From the NCBI GenBank assembly GCA_964644035.1, contig CAZXUH010000001.1, positions 3,712 to 67,711 of the forward strand: a stretch of DNA of 64,000 bases. The letters run 5' to 3'. Positions 48,859 through 57,410 of this stretch are shown one piece after another; position 1 is the stretch's first letter; every line of letters starts with the position of its first letter. The notes beneath the pieces were generated by a model that was given only the letters and a program-made list of their open reading frames with translations, ran no database searches and was not told the origin of the DNA. Position numbers and translations under genes: made by a program. Origin of the DNA: an uncultured Candidatus Saccharibacteria bacterium. GTDB lineage: Bacteria > Patescibacteriota > Minisyncoccia > Phycocordibacterales > DAORIS01.

Positions 48859-49476
48859 ATGAGCATAGCGGATTTTTCAGAGGCATATGAGGGACATAGA
48901 AATCGCATTGAGGCTGATGAGTATGAATCAACAACTTCAAAAGATCTTGAGGCTTATAATGCAATGCGTGAAGGTATTGATACTGCCAACTATGTTGCCG
49001 AAGAAAGGCTAAAAGTAGAATTTCCTAAGGCTTTTGAATACTATAAGAAATATGAAAGTGAAAACGACGAAGAAGCATTTGATGATCTTCTTTCATTTAA
49101 AAAGAAGAATAAAGATTCAGTTCAGCTTATAGACAATCTTTTTCTCAAAGAGTATTTCAGAGACTTGAACGATAAAATTAGAATTTATATTGACTCAATA
49201 CATCAGGCAGAAATTTACGGAAAAAAGCATGGAGGGGAGATCGATGAGGATGTGAAGGCTAACTTATCGGAGTTGGAAACGAGGAGAAGTCAAGCACATG
49301 ATGCGCTTATAGGGCAGCTTAAAATTCTAGCTAGGAATATGAATAAGGCAGGTATTGACAATTCATGGGAAAGTGTGGTAGGATTAGCTAATGGACAGGC
49401 GTATCGGAAGGAGATTCAGCGATGGGCTGAAAACGTATCCGATCACCTAGTCAGCGTCTCAGAAAGTACTACTTAA
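48859..49476 (+). CDS. Hypothetical protein (205 aa), acidic and helical
   Basis: The ORF has no recognisable motif. Confidence 0.4.
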   Translation: MSIADFSEAYEGHRNRIEADEYESTTSKDLEAYNAMREGIDTANYVAEERLKVEFPKAFEYYKKYESENDEEAFDDLLSFKKKNKDSVQLIDNLFLKEYFRDLNDKIRIYIDSIHQAEIYGKKHGGEIDEDVKANLSELETRRSQAHDALIGQLKILARNMNKAGIDNSWESVVGLANGQAYRKEIQRWAENVSDHLVSVSESTT

Positions 49477-49491
49477 AGGAGGTGGTGCCGA

Positions 49492-49782
49492 GTGACCCAG
49501 ATCTTTGATTCTCTTCGTAGTGATCCCGAACTTTCGCGTTTTCTTGACGATCTTGCTGTTTCAGCTACTGCACTCTACTCACTCTCTGCGGAGAGGGGGC
49601 AGATGCTGCAATCTAGGAAGACTCTGGAACCTGCATTTATTCAAAAGTTTCAAACACTTCGTGACGAATGCTGCGAAAAGCGACGTAAGCTGTTCGAGGC
49701 CATGGAGGCGAAGCGCCTTGAAGTTCCGAGTCATGTGAAGAAAATGCGCCTCATTCCTTTTTGTAAGTTGTACCGAAGTTAA
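49492..49782 (+). CDS. Hypothetical protein (96 aa), GTG start with a strong Shine-Dalgarno
   Basis: AAAGGAGG lies 6-7 nt upstream of the GTG. Local GC is higher than in the neighbours. A strong terminator follows. Confidence 0.4.
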   Translation: MTQIFDSLRSDPELSRFLDDLAVSATALYSLSAERGQMLQSRKTLEPAFIQKFQTLRDECCEKRRKLFEAMEAKRLEVPSHVKKMRLIPFCKLYRS

Positions 49783-49816
49783 GCGGATTCCCAAGGATGG
49801 GAGTCCGCTTTTTTGT
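49781..49816 (+). terminator. Rho-independent terminator
   Basis: An 11-bp stem AGCGGATTCCC/GGGAGTCCGCT with a 6-nt loop is followed by TTTTTTG. Confidence 0.75.
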
Positions 49817-49933
49817 ATATTTACAAATCTTAATTTACATATTGTCAACAACGTTTTCTGGTTTAAAATGAGTAAAAAAGCGGTGGATTTTAATGAGTTT
49901 TTTTAGTAAAATAACAAGACTAAATTTAATACT

Positions 49934-52012
49934 ATGGCTACAGATTCCGACAAGGACAAAGAGAAGAAAGCCGCCAAAAAAGGCGGCTATAGTGCGGATG
50001 ATATTACCGTGCTCGAGGGTCTAGAACCGGTACGTAAGCGTCCTGGTATGTATATCGGTACTACTGGTCCCGATGGCTTTCATCATCTTGTCACCGAAAT
50101 CTTCGACAACTCTCGCGACGAAGCGATGGGTGGCTTTGCCAATGATATTGAGATCACTCTTTTGCCTGGCAATCGCGTACGTGTAGTCGACAATGGTCGC
50201 GGTATTCCAGTAGATATTCACAAACACACCAAGGTCTCGGCTCTTGAGACGATCATGACCACACTCCATGCTGGAGGTAAGTTTGGTGGCGAAGGATACA
50301 AGGTGTCTGGAGGTTTGCATGGTGTCGGTGCATCGGTCGTCAACGCTCTTTCTTCATATTGCCGAGTCGACGTACACCGCGATGGTGGCATACACATGCA
50401 GGAATATGCTCGAGGCAAGAAAAAATCTGCAGTCAAAAAGATCGGTAGCTCGAAGTTTACTGGTACGGTAGTTACTTTTGAACCAGATACAGAAATATTC
50501 GGCGTACAGACATTTGATTTTCATCGTGTTGTTACGCACATGCGTCAGCAGGCATATCTTGTAAAAGGTCTTCGTATTTCTGTGATTGATGCTCGAGAAT
50601 ATCCAGGTCAGATCGATATCGAAGATGTCATGTACTTCCGAGAACTGACACTTGAGGTTCCATCACAATCGTTTTATTTTGAGGGAGGACTTTTCTCACT
50701 CGTAAGATTTTACAACCAGCTCCTCAAGCCCATTCACAAGACTATTTTCTATGCAGAAAAGAAGACCAATGAATACGAATCAGTAGAAGTAGCATTGCAA
50801 TACGTTGATGATGTGACGTCACGTATCTTGCCCTTTGCCAACAATATCTACAATGCCGAGGGTGGTACGCATATTACCGGTTTCAAGACGGCACTGACTC
50901 GAACGCTCAATAGCTATGCAAAAAAGAACGGTATCGTAAAAGAAAGCGAAGACAACTTTACTGGAGATGACGTGCTCGAAGGTCTCACTGCTGTTATCTC
51001 GGTCAAGATCAGAGAAATTCAATTTGAAGGTCAGACCAAAGCGAAACTCGGTACTGTTGAAGCAAGGGCAATGGTGGAATCGGTCTTCGGCGATACATTC
51101 TCACAGTTCCTAGAAGAAAATCCAGACGATGCCAAGGCTATGGTTATGAAGTCTTTGCTTGCCCTCAAAGCTCGCAAGGCGGCAAAAGCTGCCAAAGACT
51201 CTGTGCTTCGTAAAGGTGCACTCGAAGGTATGAGTCTGCCTGGTAAGCTCGCTGACTGTCAGGCCAAGGATGCTGCAGAATCAGAAATATTTATTGTAGA
51301 GGGAGACTCTGCTGGAGGTACGGCCAAGACTGGTAGAGATCGTCGCACGCAAGCAGTCTTGCCACTTCGAGGAAAGATTCTCAATATCGAACGTGCTCGA
51401 CTCGATCGTATGCTTGGTTCTGAACAGATCAAAAATCTTGTCGTTGCCATGGGTACGGCTATCGGTGATACGTTTGATATTACAAAACTTCGTTATCACA
51501 AGGTGATTATTGCAACCGATGCCGACGTGGACGGCGCACACATTCGCACGCTTATCCTTACACTTTTGTATCGATACTTCCGACCGCTTATCGATGGAGG
51601 ATTTATTTATATTGCTCAGCCGCCTCTATATAAAATAAAGAAGGGTAAAGAAGTACTCTATGCCTACAGTGATGAACAGAAGGCAAAAATTGCCGGCAAA
51701 GACGCGCCGATCATAGAAGCTGCAGAAGAAAATTCTGAAGAAGGTGCTGAAGGCGAAGAAGCCGAAGCAGAATCAGCTAAGACTGCCGGCAAAGCAAAGA
51801 TTTCTATACAGCGTTACAAAGGTCTTGGAGAAATGAATGCTGAAGAGTTGTGGGAAACAACGATGGATCCTGCAAGGCGTATTCTCAAGCAGGTCAACAT
51901 CGAAGATGCTCAAGAGGCAGACAAAATATTTGATATGCTTATGGGCACCGACGTCCCAGCTCGCAAATCATTTATTCAGTCCAACGCTCAGAAAGCTAAT
52001 ATCGATTGGTAA
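49934..52012 (+). CDS. gyrB: DNA gyrase subunit B
   Basis: It has the GHKL ATPase motifs (GLHHLVxE-like HHLVTEIFDNSRDE, GLHGVG), a TOPRIM (EGDSAGG) and the C-terminal tail. It is 692 aa. Confidence 0.95.
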   Translation: MATDSDKDKEKKAAKKGGYSADDITVLEGLEPVRKRPGMYIGTTGPDGFHHLVTEIFDNSRDEAMGGFANDIEITLLPGNRVRVVDNGRGIPVDIHKHTKVSALETIMTTLHAGGKFGGEGYKVSGGLHGVGASVVNALSSYCRVDVHRDGGIHMQEYARGKKKSAVKKIGSSKFTGTVVTFEPDTEIFGVQTFDFHRVVTHMRQQAYLVKGLRISVIDAREYPGQIDIEDVMYFRELTLEVPSQSFYFEGGLFSLVRFYNQLLKPIHKTIFYAEKKTNEYESVEVALQYVDDVTSRILPFANNIYNAEGGTHITGFKTALTRTLNSYAKKNGIVKESEDNFTGDDVLEGLTAVISVKIREIQFEGQTKAKLGTVEARAMVESVFGDTFSQFLEENPDDAKAMVMKSLLALKARKAAKAAKDSVLRKGALEGMSLPGKLADCQAKDAAESEIFIVEGDSAGGTAKTGRDRRTQAVLPLRGKILNIERARLDRMLGSEQIKNLVVAMGTAIGDTFDITKLRYHKVIIATDADVDGAHIRTLILTLLYRYFRPLIDGGFIYIAQPPLYKIKKGKEVLYAYSDEQKAKIAGKDAPIIEAAEENSEEGAEGEEAEAESAKTAGKAKISIQRYKGLGEMNAEELWETTMDPARRILKQVNIEDAQEADKIFDMLMGTDVPARKSFIQSNAQKANIDW

Positions 52013-52021
52013 GGGCAAAAT

Positions 52022-52056
52022 AAAAAGACCCCGCCATGTGGCGGGGTCTTTTTATT
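52022..52056. terminator. Bidirectional intrinsic terminator (second copy of the CCCCGCCATGTGGCGGGG hairpin)
   Basis: The sequence AGACCCCGCCATGTGGCGGGGTCTTTTT is flanked by an A-run upstream, and sits between the convergent gyrB and the 52061..53485 gene. Confidence 0.7.
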
Positions 52057-52060
52057 AACC

Positions 52061-53485
52061 TTATTGATAGGCTGTGAAGTACGTTGAGGCTGAGTTATTG
52101 TTTTCGTTGGTCTCAGAAACCTGACTACCTGAATCTACTCGTACTGTCGCTGCATTGCTGCCTGTATTTCGAATATTGTCGAAAGCAAGAGTGTATTCCA
52201 TTGACTGACCAGCACCGAGCGATGTCTGAACATTTGAGGTGTATGAACTGTCTGTCGTGCTTGGAAGATCAGCGGTAAAGGTGTAGTTACCAGTTGCTTC
52301 ATTGCCAGTGTTGGTAACAACAAACTTCACAACGGCTCGTGCTGAGCGGGGAATCGAATAGGTAGGAATGAATGTACCATTGCTCATGTATCCAACAGAA
52401 GTAAACTGTACTGTAAGATCTTTGCCTGTGCCTGTTGATACTGGAGTGTTATTTGAATTGCCGCTTACAGAATAACTATAGACATTGTTTGCATATGTTG
52501 TTTCTGTAATCTGTTTATTTTCATTGACTGAGATGACTACAGTTCCGCCGTTGGTACTATTGTCGAAACCAAATGTGTATTCAACACGGTCGCCATTGGC
52601 GAGGGTAGGCTGAGCTGAAGAGTAATAAACCGGAGTGGTAGGACTTGGGCTGTTGACCTTGAAGTTCCATGTACCAGAATTTGTCTGACCAAGGTTGATG
52701 ACTTCAAAACGAATAGCTGGTCGTGATCCTGCTGGGACTGTTGCGCCAGGAGTGAAGGTATTTGACGCACTGATAGAACCAATACTGATAACTCGTACTG
52801 CGAGATCTACTCCTGTAACTGCTGGTTTTGTCGTAGGTTTTGGTGTTACAGGCTTTGCATTCGCACCATTGGACGTATTTGTATTGGTGTTGGTATTTGT
52901 CGAAGGTGTTGTAACAACAGTTACGGTGCTGCCATTGTTATTGGTATTTGTACCTCGTGGTGCAGACGTGCGCAGTGTAATGAGTGCGTCACCGACAAGT
53001 GTTGTCTGACCCTCATTGTCTTTAAAATTGAGGTAAAGGGGAACGTCAGTATCACGATCAAGAGAGCTGAAAAGTTTTACAGCAACAGTGTTGTCTGGAG
53101 TGAAGAAAAAGAAAGCAACATCGCAGGCAATAGGTTCGCCTGAATGGAACTGGGCACTAACGCCGTTTTTGCAAGGATAGGTAACGGTGTATGAACCATC
53201 GTTTCTGACATCACCATTCCACTTGAGCATGATTCTTTCGCCACTGACAGCTTCTGTTCTGTCGGCAGTAACAACGATCTTTTCTTTAGCCTTAAAGAGG
53301 GAAGAGATAGAAATGGTTTTGACTGAATCGATACCTCGAGGTACGAAGACGACGGTCAAAATCATAGCTAGTATAAGAGCAGCAAAAATTCCGAGGAGAA
53401 TAAGAGTCTTTTTGAAAGTCTCATTCTTCTTTTGTTTTTCTGCCTCCAAAATCTGCTCCTGCTCGTTGTTTTGCATTGTTTCCAT
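52061..53485 (-). CDS. Membrane-anchored surface protein with CARDB-like Ig-fold repeats and a Thr/Asn-rich linker
   Basis: An N-terminal TM is followed by two repeats of the DL(A/T)V..(I/F)(S/T)..G type resembling CARDB domains. A TNTNTNTNT linker joins them. Confidence 0.5.
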   Translation of the reverse strand: METMQNNEQEQILEAEKQKKNETFKKTLILLGIFAALILAMILTVVFVPRGIDSVKTISISSLFKAKEKIVVTADRTEAVSGERIMLKWNGDVRNDGSYTVTYPCKNGVSAQFHSGEPIACDVAFFFFTPDNTVAVKLFSSLDRDTDVPLYLNFKDNEGQTTLVGDALITLRTSAPRGTNTNNNGSTVTVVTTPSTNTNTNTNTSNGANAKPVTPKPTTKPAVTGVDLAVRVISIGSISASNTFTPGATVPAGSRPAIRFEVINLGQTNSGTWNFKVNSPSPTTPVYYSSAQPTLANGDRVEYTFGFDNSTNGGTVVISVNENKQITETTYANNVYSYSVSGNSNNTPVSTGTGKDLTVQFTSVGYMSNGTFIPTYSIPRSARAVVKFVVTNTGNEATGNYTFTADLPSTTDSSYTSNVQTSLGAGQSMEYTLAFDNIRNTGSNAATVRVDSGSQVSETNENNNSASTYFTAYQ

Positions 53486-53506
53486 ATTGATAATATTTAT
53501 TTGAGG

Positions 53507-53535
53507 ATTATATCAAACTAATATAGTAGTGTCAA
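53507..53535 (-). promoter_or_regulatory. Consensus sigma70 promoter (TTGACA-17-TATAAT) for the 52061..53485 gene
   Basis: Reverse-complement hexamers lie at 53530-53535 and 53507-53512, about 20 nt upstream of the ATG. Confidence 0.55.
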
Positions 53536-53543
53536 ACAATGTA

Positions 53544-53572
53544 TTGACTTTATCAAAAATATAGAGTATAAT
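53544..53572 (+). promoter_or_regulatory. Consensus sigma70 promoter (TTGACT-17-TATAAT) abutting the sortase start codon, implying a leaderless mRNA
   Basis: The -10 ends 1 nt before the ATG at 53573. The predicted TSS (+7) falls on the A of the second in-frame ATG at 53579. Confidence 0.5.
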
Positions 53573-54484
53573 ATGTGTATGAATAATTATATACCGCCGA
53601 ACCTTCCTGTATATATCGAAGATGAAGACCAGCTTACACCAGCTGTAGTTTTGCCTGCACTCGTCGTACACCCTCTTGGTCTCGACGCGGAAGTAATCCC
53701 TGCTCCAAAGGCTGTTCCATCTCTTAGTCTTATCGATTTCCTTTGGGAAAATAAGATAAAGATCGCTGTCAGCATCTTTGTCGTCTTTTTCTTTTCTTAT
53801 ACTGTAGTGGCTGCTTTTGGTTTCCTCCCGGAATCACTCATGCCTACACCTGATAAAAATAAGGTTAAAGAAAATACTATTGAAGTCAGCTCAATACAGA
53901 TTGAAGCTGTAGCTGAAACTCCTATAGTCGTAGCAACACCTACACCTAAAAAGATTGTCACAGCACCTAAAAAAGCTGCAGCTGTGACTACTACCGTACA
54001 ACCATCCACAACTGTCGCTCCTGTGGTAAAAGGTCAGGATCCTATTCGCGTCATCATCAATAAGATTGGTGTAGATACGATTGTCTCAAACCCTGCAAGC
54101 ACAAAGCCTGCAACACTCGATGAATATCTTAAGCGCGGAGCGGTGCGATATGCAGGATCAGCTGGTCTTGGTGGAGGCAATACCTTTATCTTCGCTCACA
54201 GTACCAACCATGCTGTGGTGGTGAATCAGGCATATAAGGCCTTTAATAATTTCGACAAGCTTGTTGCAGGGGATATGGTCACGGTCTATTCTATTGACCG
54301 AGTCTATACCTACAAGGTAGAACGTGTCCGATTGGCTCTTGCCGACGAACTCTATGTCGATCTTTCGACACATGCCAACATGATCACACTTTCGACGTGT
54401 AATACGTTTGGTAAAAAGGAGGAACGCTATGTCGTTGAGGCTTCATTTGTCTCCTCGGCTCCAATCGTAGAAAATACGATTTAA
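53573..54484 (+). CDS. Sortase-family transpeptidase (membrane anchored)
   Basis: An N-terminal TM is followed by the catalytic His context (IFAHS) and the TLSTC active-site Cys motif. Confidence 0.7.
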   Translation: MCMNNYIPPNLPVYIEDEDQLTPAVVLPALVVHPLGLDAEVIPAPKAVPSLSLIDFLWENKIKIAVSIFVVFFFSYTVVAAFGFLPESLMPTPDKNKVKENTIEVSSIQIEAVAETPIVVATPTPKKIVTAPKKAAAVTTTVQPSTTVAPVVKGQDPIRVIINKIGVDTIVSNPASTKPATLDEYLKRGAVRYAGSAGLGGGNTFIFAHSTNHAVVVNQAYKAFNNFDKLVAGDMVTVYSIDRVYTYKVERVRLALADELYVDLSTHANMITLSTCNTFGKKEERYVVEASFVSSAPIVENTI

Positions 54485-54548
54485 ATATAAGTAATATATA
54501 TTGACAAATGTCAATATATTTGATACAATACTTAAGTTAATAAAAATT

Positions 54549-56894
54549 ATGAAACGATATATGAAAAAGATACACACAGGCATCATTGTCATCGCAGCTT
54601 TCGTTGCGGTACTTGGACTTGTACATACGGGTGTCATTTCGACAAATATCGCCTACGCAACAGGCGATCATTCGACGTGTACTGATCCCAACCCTGAGCG
54701 TGACCTTAGCGGTTCACTTACGAACGCTGGTGGCGGTTCTATTACCAACAAATCATCGGTATGTTCATACCCAGTAGGTCTTGCATCATACAAGATGTTT
54801 AATTCCAACATTGCTACTCAGATTCTTATCGATAGCGATTTGAAAACTATTGCTCCAAAATCAACCGTTACGTTTACCGTTGATATTCCTGCCTGTGCAT
54901 ACCAGATCGACCTTTTCTATGGTGATCTTATCGTCTCATTTGCAAATGGTGCGCGTTATAGCGATCGTCTCCTTGCTGCAGAACAGCGTGGAAAGGATAA
55001 CTATTGTGCGACCGAAACTCCTAAGCTTGAAATCACGAAGTCGGCCCCTTATTCTATTGAAAAGGGAAATGACATTGAATTTACCTTTACTGTAAAAAAT
55101 ACTGGTAATGTAGAAGCTAAGAATGTTGTCGTTACTGACTCTATTCAGGATGGTTTGACATATAAGTCTTCAAATCCTGCAAACACATGTTCTATTGTCG
55201 CAGGTCGCGTCAATGATATTGAATGTAATCTCGGTACGATTGCAGCCAATGCAACTAAGACATTTAAGGTAGTCTTTACTACTGCTTCAACACTCGCTTG
55301 TGATAGTAAAATTATCAACCGAGCCGAAGTCAAAGGTACATCTGTCTCAAAGGTAGATAGCAACACAACCGAAACAAAGGTTAAGTGTCATACAGAACCG
55401 TACACCTTTACTGTAGTGTGTGCTGCAAATGCAACACAGGTTACAACTGGTACAAACGTTGTCTGGACAGCTACCGACACTGCAACAGGTACGAAGACAT
55501 ACTCATGGTCTGGTACCAATGATCTCTCTGGTGCTACTTCAGTAGTCAATAAAACATATACTTCAGCTGGTACAAAAAATGCCACTGTAGAAGTGACGTC
55601 ACAGGGTGTTACTAAGTCTGCAACATGTAAGATTGTTGTTAAGACTCCTCCTGTGGTTCCAAATCCAACAGTAGTATGTACAGCAACTCCTTCATCTGCA
55701 AAGACAGGTGAGACAATCACATGGGGCTCTTCAGCAACAGGTGGTAGTGGTTCTGGTTATACATACTCATGGACTGGTACCAACGGTCTTTCAGCTTCAA
55801 CAGCTACAACAACCAAGGTATATACCACAACTGGTACTAAGACTGGTACAGTCACTGTTACCGATTCAAATGGTAAGACTGACTCTGCTCAGTGTTCAGT
55901 AACTATTACTGAAACTCCAGTGATTCCTAACGATCCTCAGGTTGTATGTGCAGCCAATCCTTCATCAGGAAACATTGGCACCAACGTTGTCTGGACTGCA
56001 ACAGCAACAGGTGGAAACAATGTCTACACTTATTCATGGTCAGGTACAGATGGTCTTTCAGCCACAACTGCAACTACATCTAAGACCTACACTACAGTAG
56101 GTACCAAGGATGCAACGGTTGTCGTTACTTCAAATGGCAAGACTGCCACATCTACATGTTCAATGAACATTACAACTCCTCCTGTTATCCCTCCACCATC
56201 ATCAACAGCAACATTTGACGCTGTCTGTGTAGTCAATCCTACAAACCCACGACTCAATGAAACAGTTACATTCCGAGTAGATCCATTTGGCGGTTCAAAT
56301 GAAGTCTATACGTACTCATGGTCAGGTGATGAACTTATATCTGGTACTGGTCAGTCTGTAAGCAAGGCTTATACGACAACTGGTGTTAAGGAAGCACGTG
56401 TTGTTATCACTTCAGGCAATCGTTCAATCACGAAGACATGTACTGTAACGATTTCAAATTCAAATGTTACGGTAACAACAATTCCAAACCAGGTTGCAGG
56501 TGTCTACCTTACACAGGTCCCTTATACTGGTCTCAAGGAAAATGCACTTATCGCTCTTGCGATCATGGCAGCTATCGGTTCTATGGGTCTCATTGCATTC
56601 ATGTATACAAAGAAGCGCAATGAATATGCCTATGCAGTAGCTTCAACCGCAGTTGAATCTAAAAAGATTCCTGCAGTTGATGCAGCAGCAGTACTTTCAA
56701 CAGCAGTCGAATCATATGCTCGCTCACAGAGCGCATCGATCTCAGCTGATGCTATTGAAGCAATTGTAAAGGCTTCAAATGGTAACGTTGATTGGGCAAA
56801 GGCTGTTATCAATCAGGTAGTATCAGCTCACAATCAGAATGATTGGACGCTCATCACTCTTGATTCAGTCCGAAAGATATACCCACACATCTAA
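54549..56894 (+). CDS. Large surface protein with signal peptide, DUF11/CARDB-like domain, four tandem Cys-bracketed Ig/PKD-like repeats of about 80 aa, and a C-terminal sorting-signal-like VPYTG plus TM and KKRNE
   Basis: It has a signal peptide MKRYMKKIHTGIIVIAAFVAVLGLVHTG. The repeats have the form C..TYSWSGT(N/D)GLSA..TK.YTT.GTK..TV.VT..G......C. The C-terminal order is VPYTG, a hydrophobic segment, then KKRNE. Confidence 0.6.
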   Translation: MKRYMKKIHTGIIVIAAFVAVLGLVHTGVISTNIAYATGDHSTCTDPNPERDLSGSLTNAGGGSITNKSSVCSYPVGLASYKMFNSNIATQILIDSDLKTIAPKSTVTFTVDIPACAYQIDLFYGDLIVSFANGARYSDRLLAAEQRGKDNYCATETPKLEITKSAPYSIEKGNDIEFTFTVKNTGNVEAKNVVVTDSIQDGLTYKSSNPANTCSIVAGRVNDIECNLGTIAANATKTFKVVFTTASTLACDSKIINRAEVKGTSVSKVDSNTTETKVKCHTEPYTFTVVCAANATQVTTGTNVVWTATDTATGTKTYSWSGTNDLSGATSVVNKTYTSAGTKNATVEVTSQGVTKSATCKIVVKTPPVVPNPTVVCTATPSSAKTGETITWGSSATGGSGSGYTYSWTGTNGLSASTATTTKVYTTTGTKTGTVTVTDSNGKTDSAQCSVTITETPVIPNDPQVVCAANPSSGNIGTNVVWTATATGGNNVYTYSWSGTDGLSATTATTSKTYTTVGTKDATVVVTSNGKTATSTCSMNITTPPVIPPPSSTATFDAVCVVNPTNPRLNETVTFRVDPFGGSNEVYTYSWSGDELISGTGQSVSKAYTTTGVKEARVVITSGNRSITKTCTVTISNSNVTVTTIPNQVAGVYLTQVPYTGLKENALIALAIMAAIGSMGLIAFMYTKKRNEYAYAVASTAVESKKIPAVDAAAVLSTAVESYARSQSASISADAIEAIVKASNGNVDWAKAVINQVVSAHNQNDWTLITLDSVRKIYPHI

Positions 56895-56926
56895 AGTTGG
56901 GGCTAGCTCCTAAAATAATGTAAAGC

Positions 56927-56964
56927 AAAACCCGTCAGGATATCCTGACGGGTTTTGTGTTTTG
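56927..56964 (+). terminator. Rho-independent terminator for the surface-protein gene
   Basis: The stem CCCGTCAGG-ATAT-CCTGACGGG is followed by TTTTGTGTTTTG. Confidence 0.75.
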
Positions 56965-56965
56965 A

Positions 56966-57010
56966 GTAATAAAAACCCTCATCCATGAATGCGTAGAATG
57001 GATGAGGGGT
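56966..57010 (-). terminator. Rho-independent terminator for csrA (minus strand)
   Basis: An 11-bp stem CCCTCATCCAT/ATGGATGAGGG is followed on the minus strand by a T-run. Confidence 0.65.
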
Positions 57011-57042
57011 GAGTAGCAGACAAAATTGGCCATTAGGTCATA

Positions 57043-57294
57043 CTACTTTTTTCTGTTAGAACAGCGTTTTTTCGGAATGATTTTTCCGAGGCCAGTAAGA
57101 TCTTCAGGTCTGACCTGCGCTGCAGCTTTGTTTTCGCGGCGAATTGCATCGTAGACTTCTTTGCGGTGAACGCTGATCTCTCTGGGAGCATTGATACCGA
57201 GACGCACTTTGTCGCCTCGGATATCAACGACGGTGACTTCGATGTCGTCACCGATCATAATGGTTTCGTCACGTTGACGGGAAAGCACGAGCAT
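57043..57294 (-). CDS. csrA: Carbon storage regulator CsrA with a C-terminal basic extension
   Basis: [48 protein letters not shown] is an unmistakable CsrA core. The start is set at the MLVLSR Met. Confidence 0.85.
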   Translation of the reverse strand: MLVLSRQRDETIMIGDDIEVTVVDIRGDKVRLGINAPREISVHRKEVYDAIRRENKAAAQVRPEDLTGLGKIIPKKRCSNRKK

Positions 57295-57410
57295 TCTACA
57301 CCTCCTTGTGGTAGGTCTTAAAAAATCCTTGTTTCCTGCCAACACGGCGAGGAACTTATGTTCAACATACTACAACATTTTTAAAAAAATGCAAGGGGTA
57401 GGGGTGGTGT

